From: Candidatus Methylomirabilis limnetica | Lineage (GTDB): Bacteria > Methylomirabilota > Methylomirabilia > Methylomirabilales > Methylomirabilaceae | Direction of reading: 5' to 3' | DNA: 32,000 nt | Assembly: GCF_003044035.1 (NCBI RefSeq) | Contig: NZ_NVQC01000022.1 | Coordinates: 60,001-92,000, forward strand | Part shown: positions 31,876 through 32,000 of the stretch, piece by piece | How positions within the stretch are numbered: position 1 is the first letter of the stretch | Layout: each line of letters starts with the position of its first letter | Made by a program: the position numbers and the translations under genes | The notes under the pieces: generated by a model | Database searches by the model: none | The model's input: only the letters and a program-made list of their open reading frames with translations | What the model was told of the DNA's origin: nothing

Positions 31876-32000
31876 ATGATTATGGGCTAAGGCACAGCAT
31901 CGTCCGTGGGGAAGAGTCTTCTGATCACAGCGCTCTGCCGTTTCTTCCGCCGAGGCAGGGTGAGTAGAACCGGTTGGACGCTACGGTTTGAGCGCCCATC
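31876..32000 (+). pseudogene. cobQ: cobQ/cbiP (cobyric acid synthase) N-terminal remnant with an in-frame TAA; runs off the window
   Basis: The hand translation is 'MIMG*GTASSVGKSLLITALCRFFRRG...'. The family N-terminus is '..M.QGT.S.VGKS.L..ALCR.F'. TAA 31888-31890 sits where the conserved Gln (CAA) is expected. The sequence after 'RRG' no longer resembles the family. Confidence 0.5.

Overview
This is a high-GC, densely coding bacterial chromosomal window; no taxon can be assigned from the sequence alone. All calls come from reading the sequence and ORF track by eye, with no database or folding tool run.

Core content, in order:
- A radical-SAM/DUF2344 fusion (5' partial), RNase G, ComB-like phosphatase and an MFS transporter.
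- tRNA-Ala(GGC) and a NarK-like nitrate/nitrite transporter.
- A minus-strand operon of TPR protein, M48 protease, UbiE/MenG and UbiA-like prenyltransferase.
- tRNA-Thr(CGU) and Ogt.
- A minus-strand run of SDR, MBL hydrolase and a Cas4-like PD-(D/E)XK nuclease.
- An accessory-looking stretch (about 15.9-22.3 kb): two transposase remnants, a roughly 1170-aa secreted lysyl-endopeptidase/Ig/beta-propeller protein with a frameshifted C-terminus, RadC, and a DsrE-like gene.
- Quinone oxidoreductase, a PQQ-type sugar dehydrogenase and MlaA.
- Two tandem sigma54-driven genes for small secreted Ala/Pro/Lys-rich proteins.
- A cobalamin-riboswitch-controlled B12 salvage/remodelling operon: bluB-cobO fusion, collapsed cbiA, CbiR-like TIM barrel, orf68, cobU, cobT and a cobQ remnant.

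Most notable observations:
1. The DsrE-like ORF has two in-frame TGA codons at the positions where a CxxC-type motif is expected. A SECIS-like hairpin lies just downstream, making it a candidate UGGU selenoprotein.
2. Genes for de novo corrin amidation (cbiA, cobQ) are eroded to short ORFs, and cbiA' still keeps overlapping start/stop codons with its neighbours.
3. A MITE family has GTAAC termini and 8-bp target duplications, consistent with an IS66-type origin.
4. Several arrays of 7-bp or 17-bp tandem repeats sit in direct plus inverted arrangement. One of them is translated in frame inside the radical SAM fusion.
5. Two ORF-free regions of about 0.5 kb remain unexplained.
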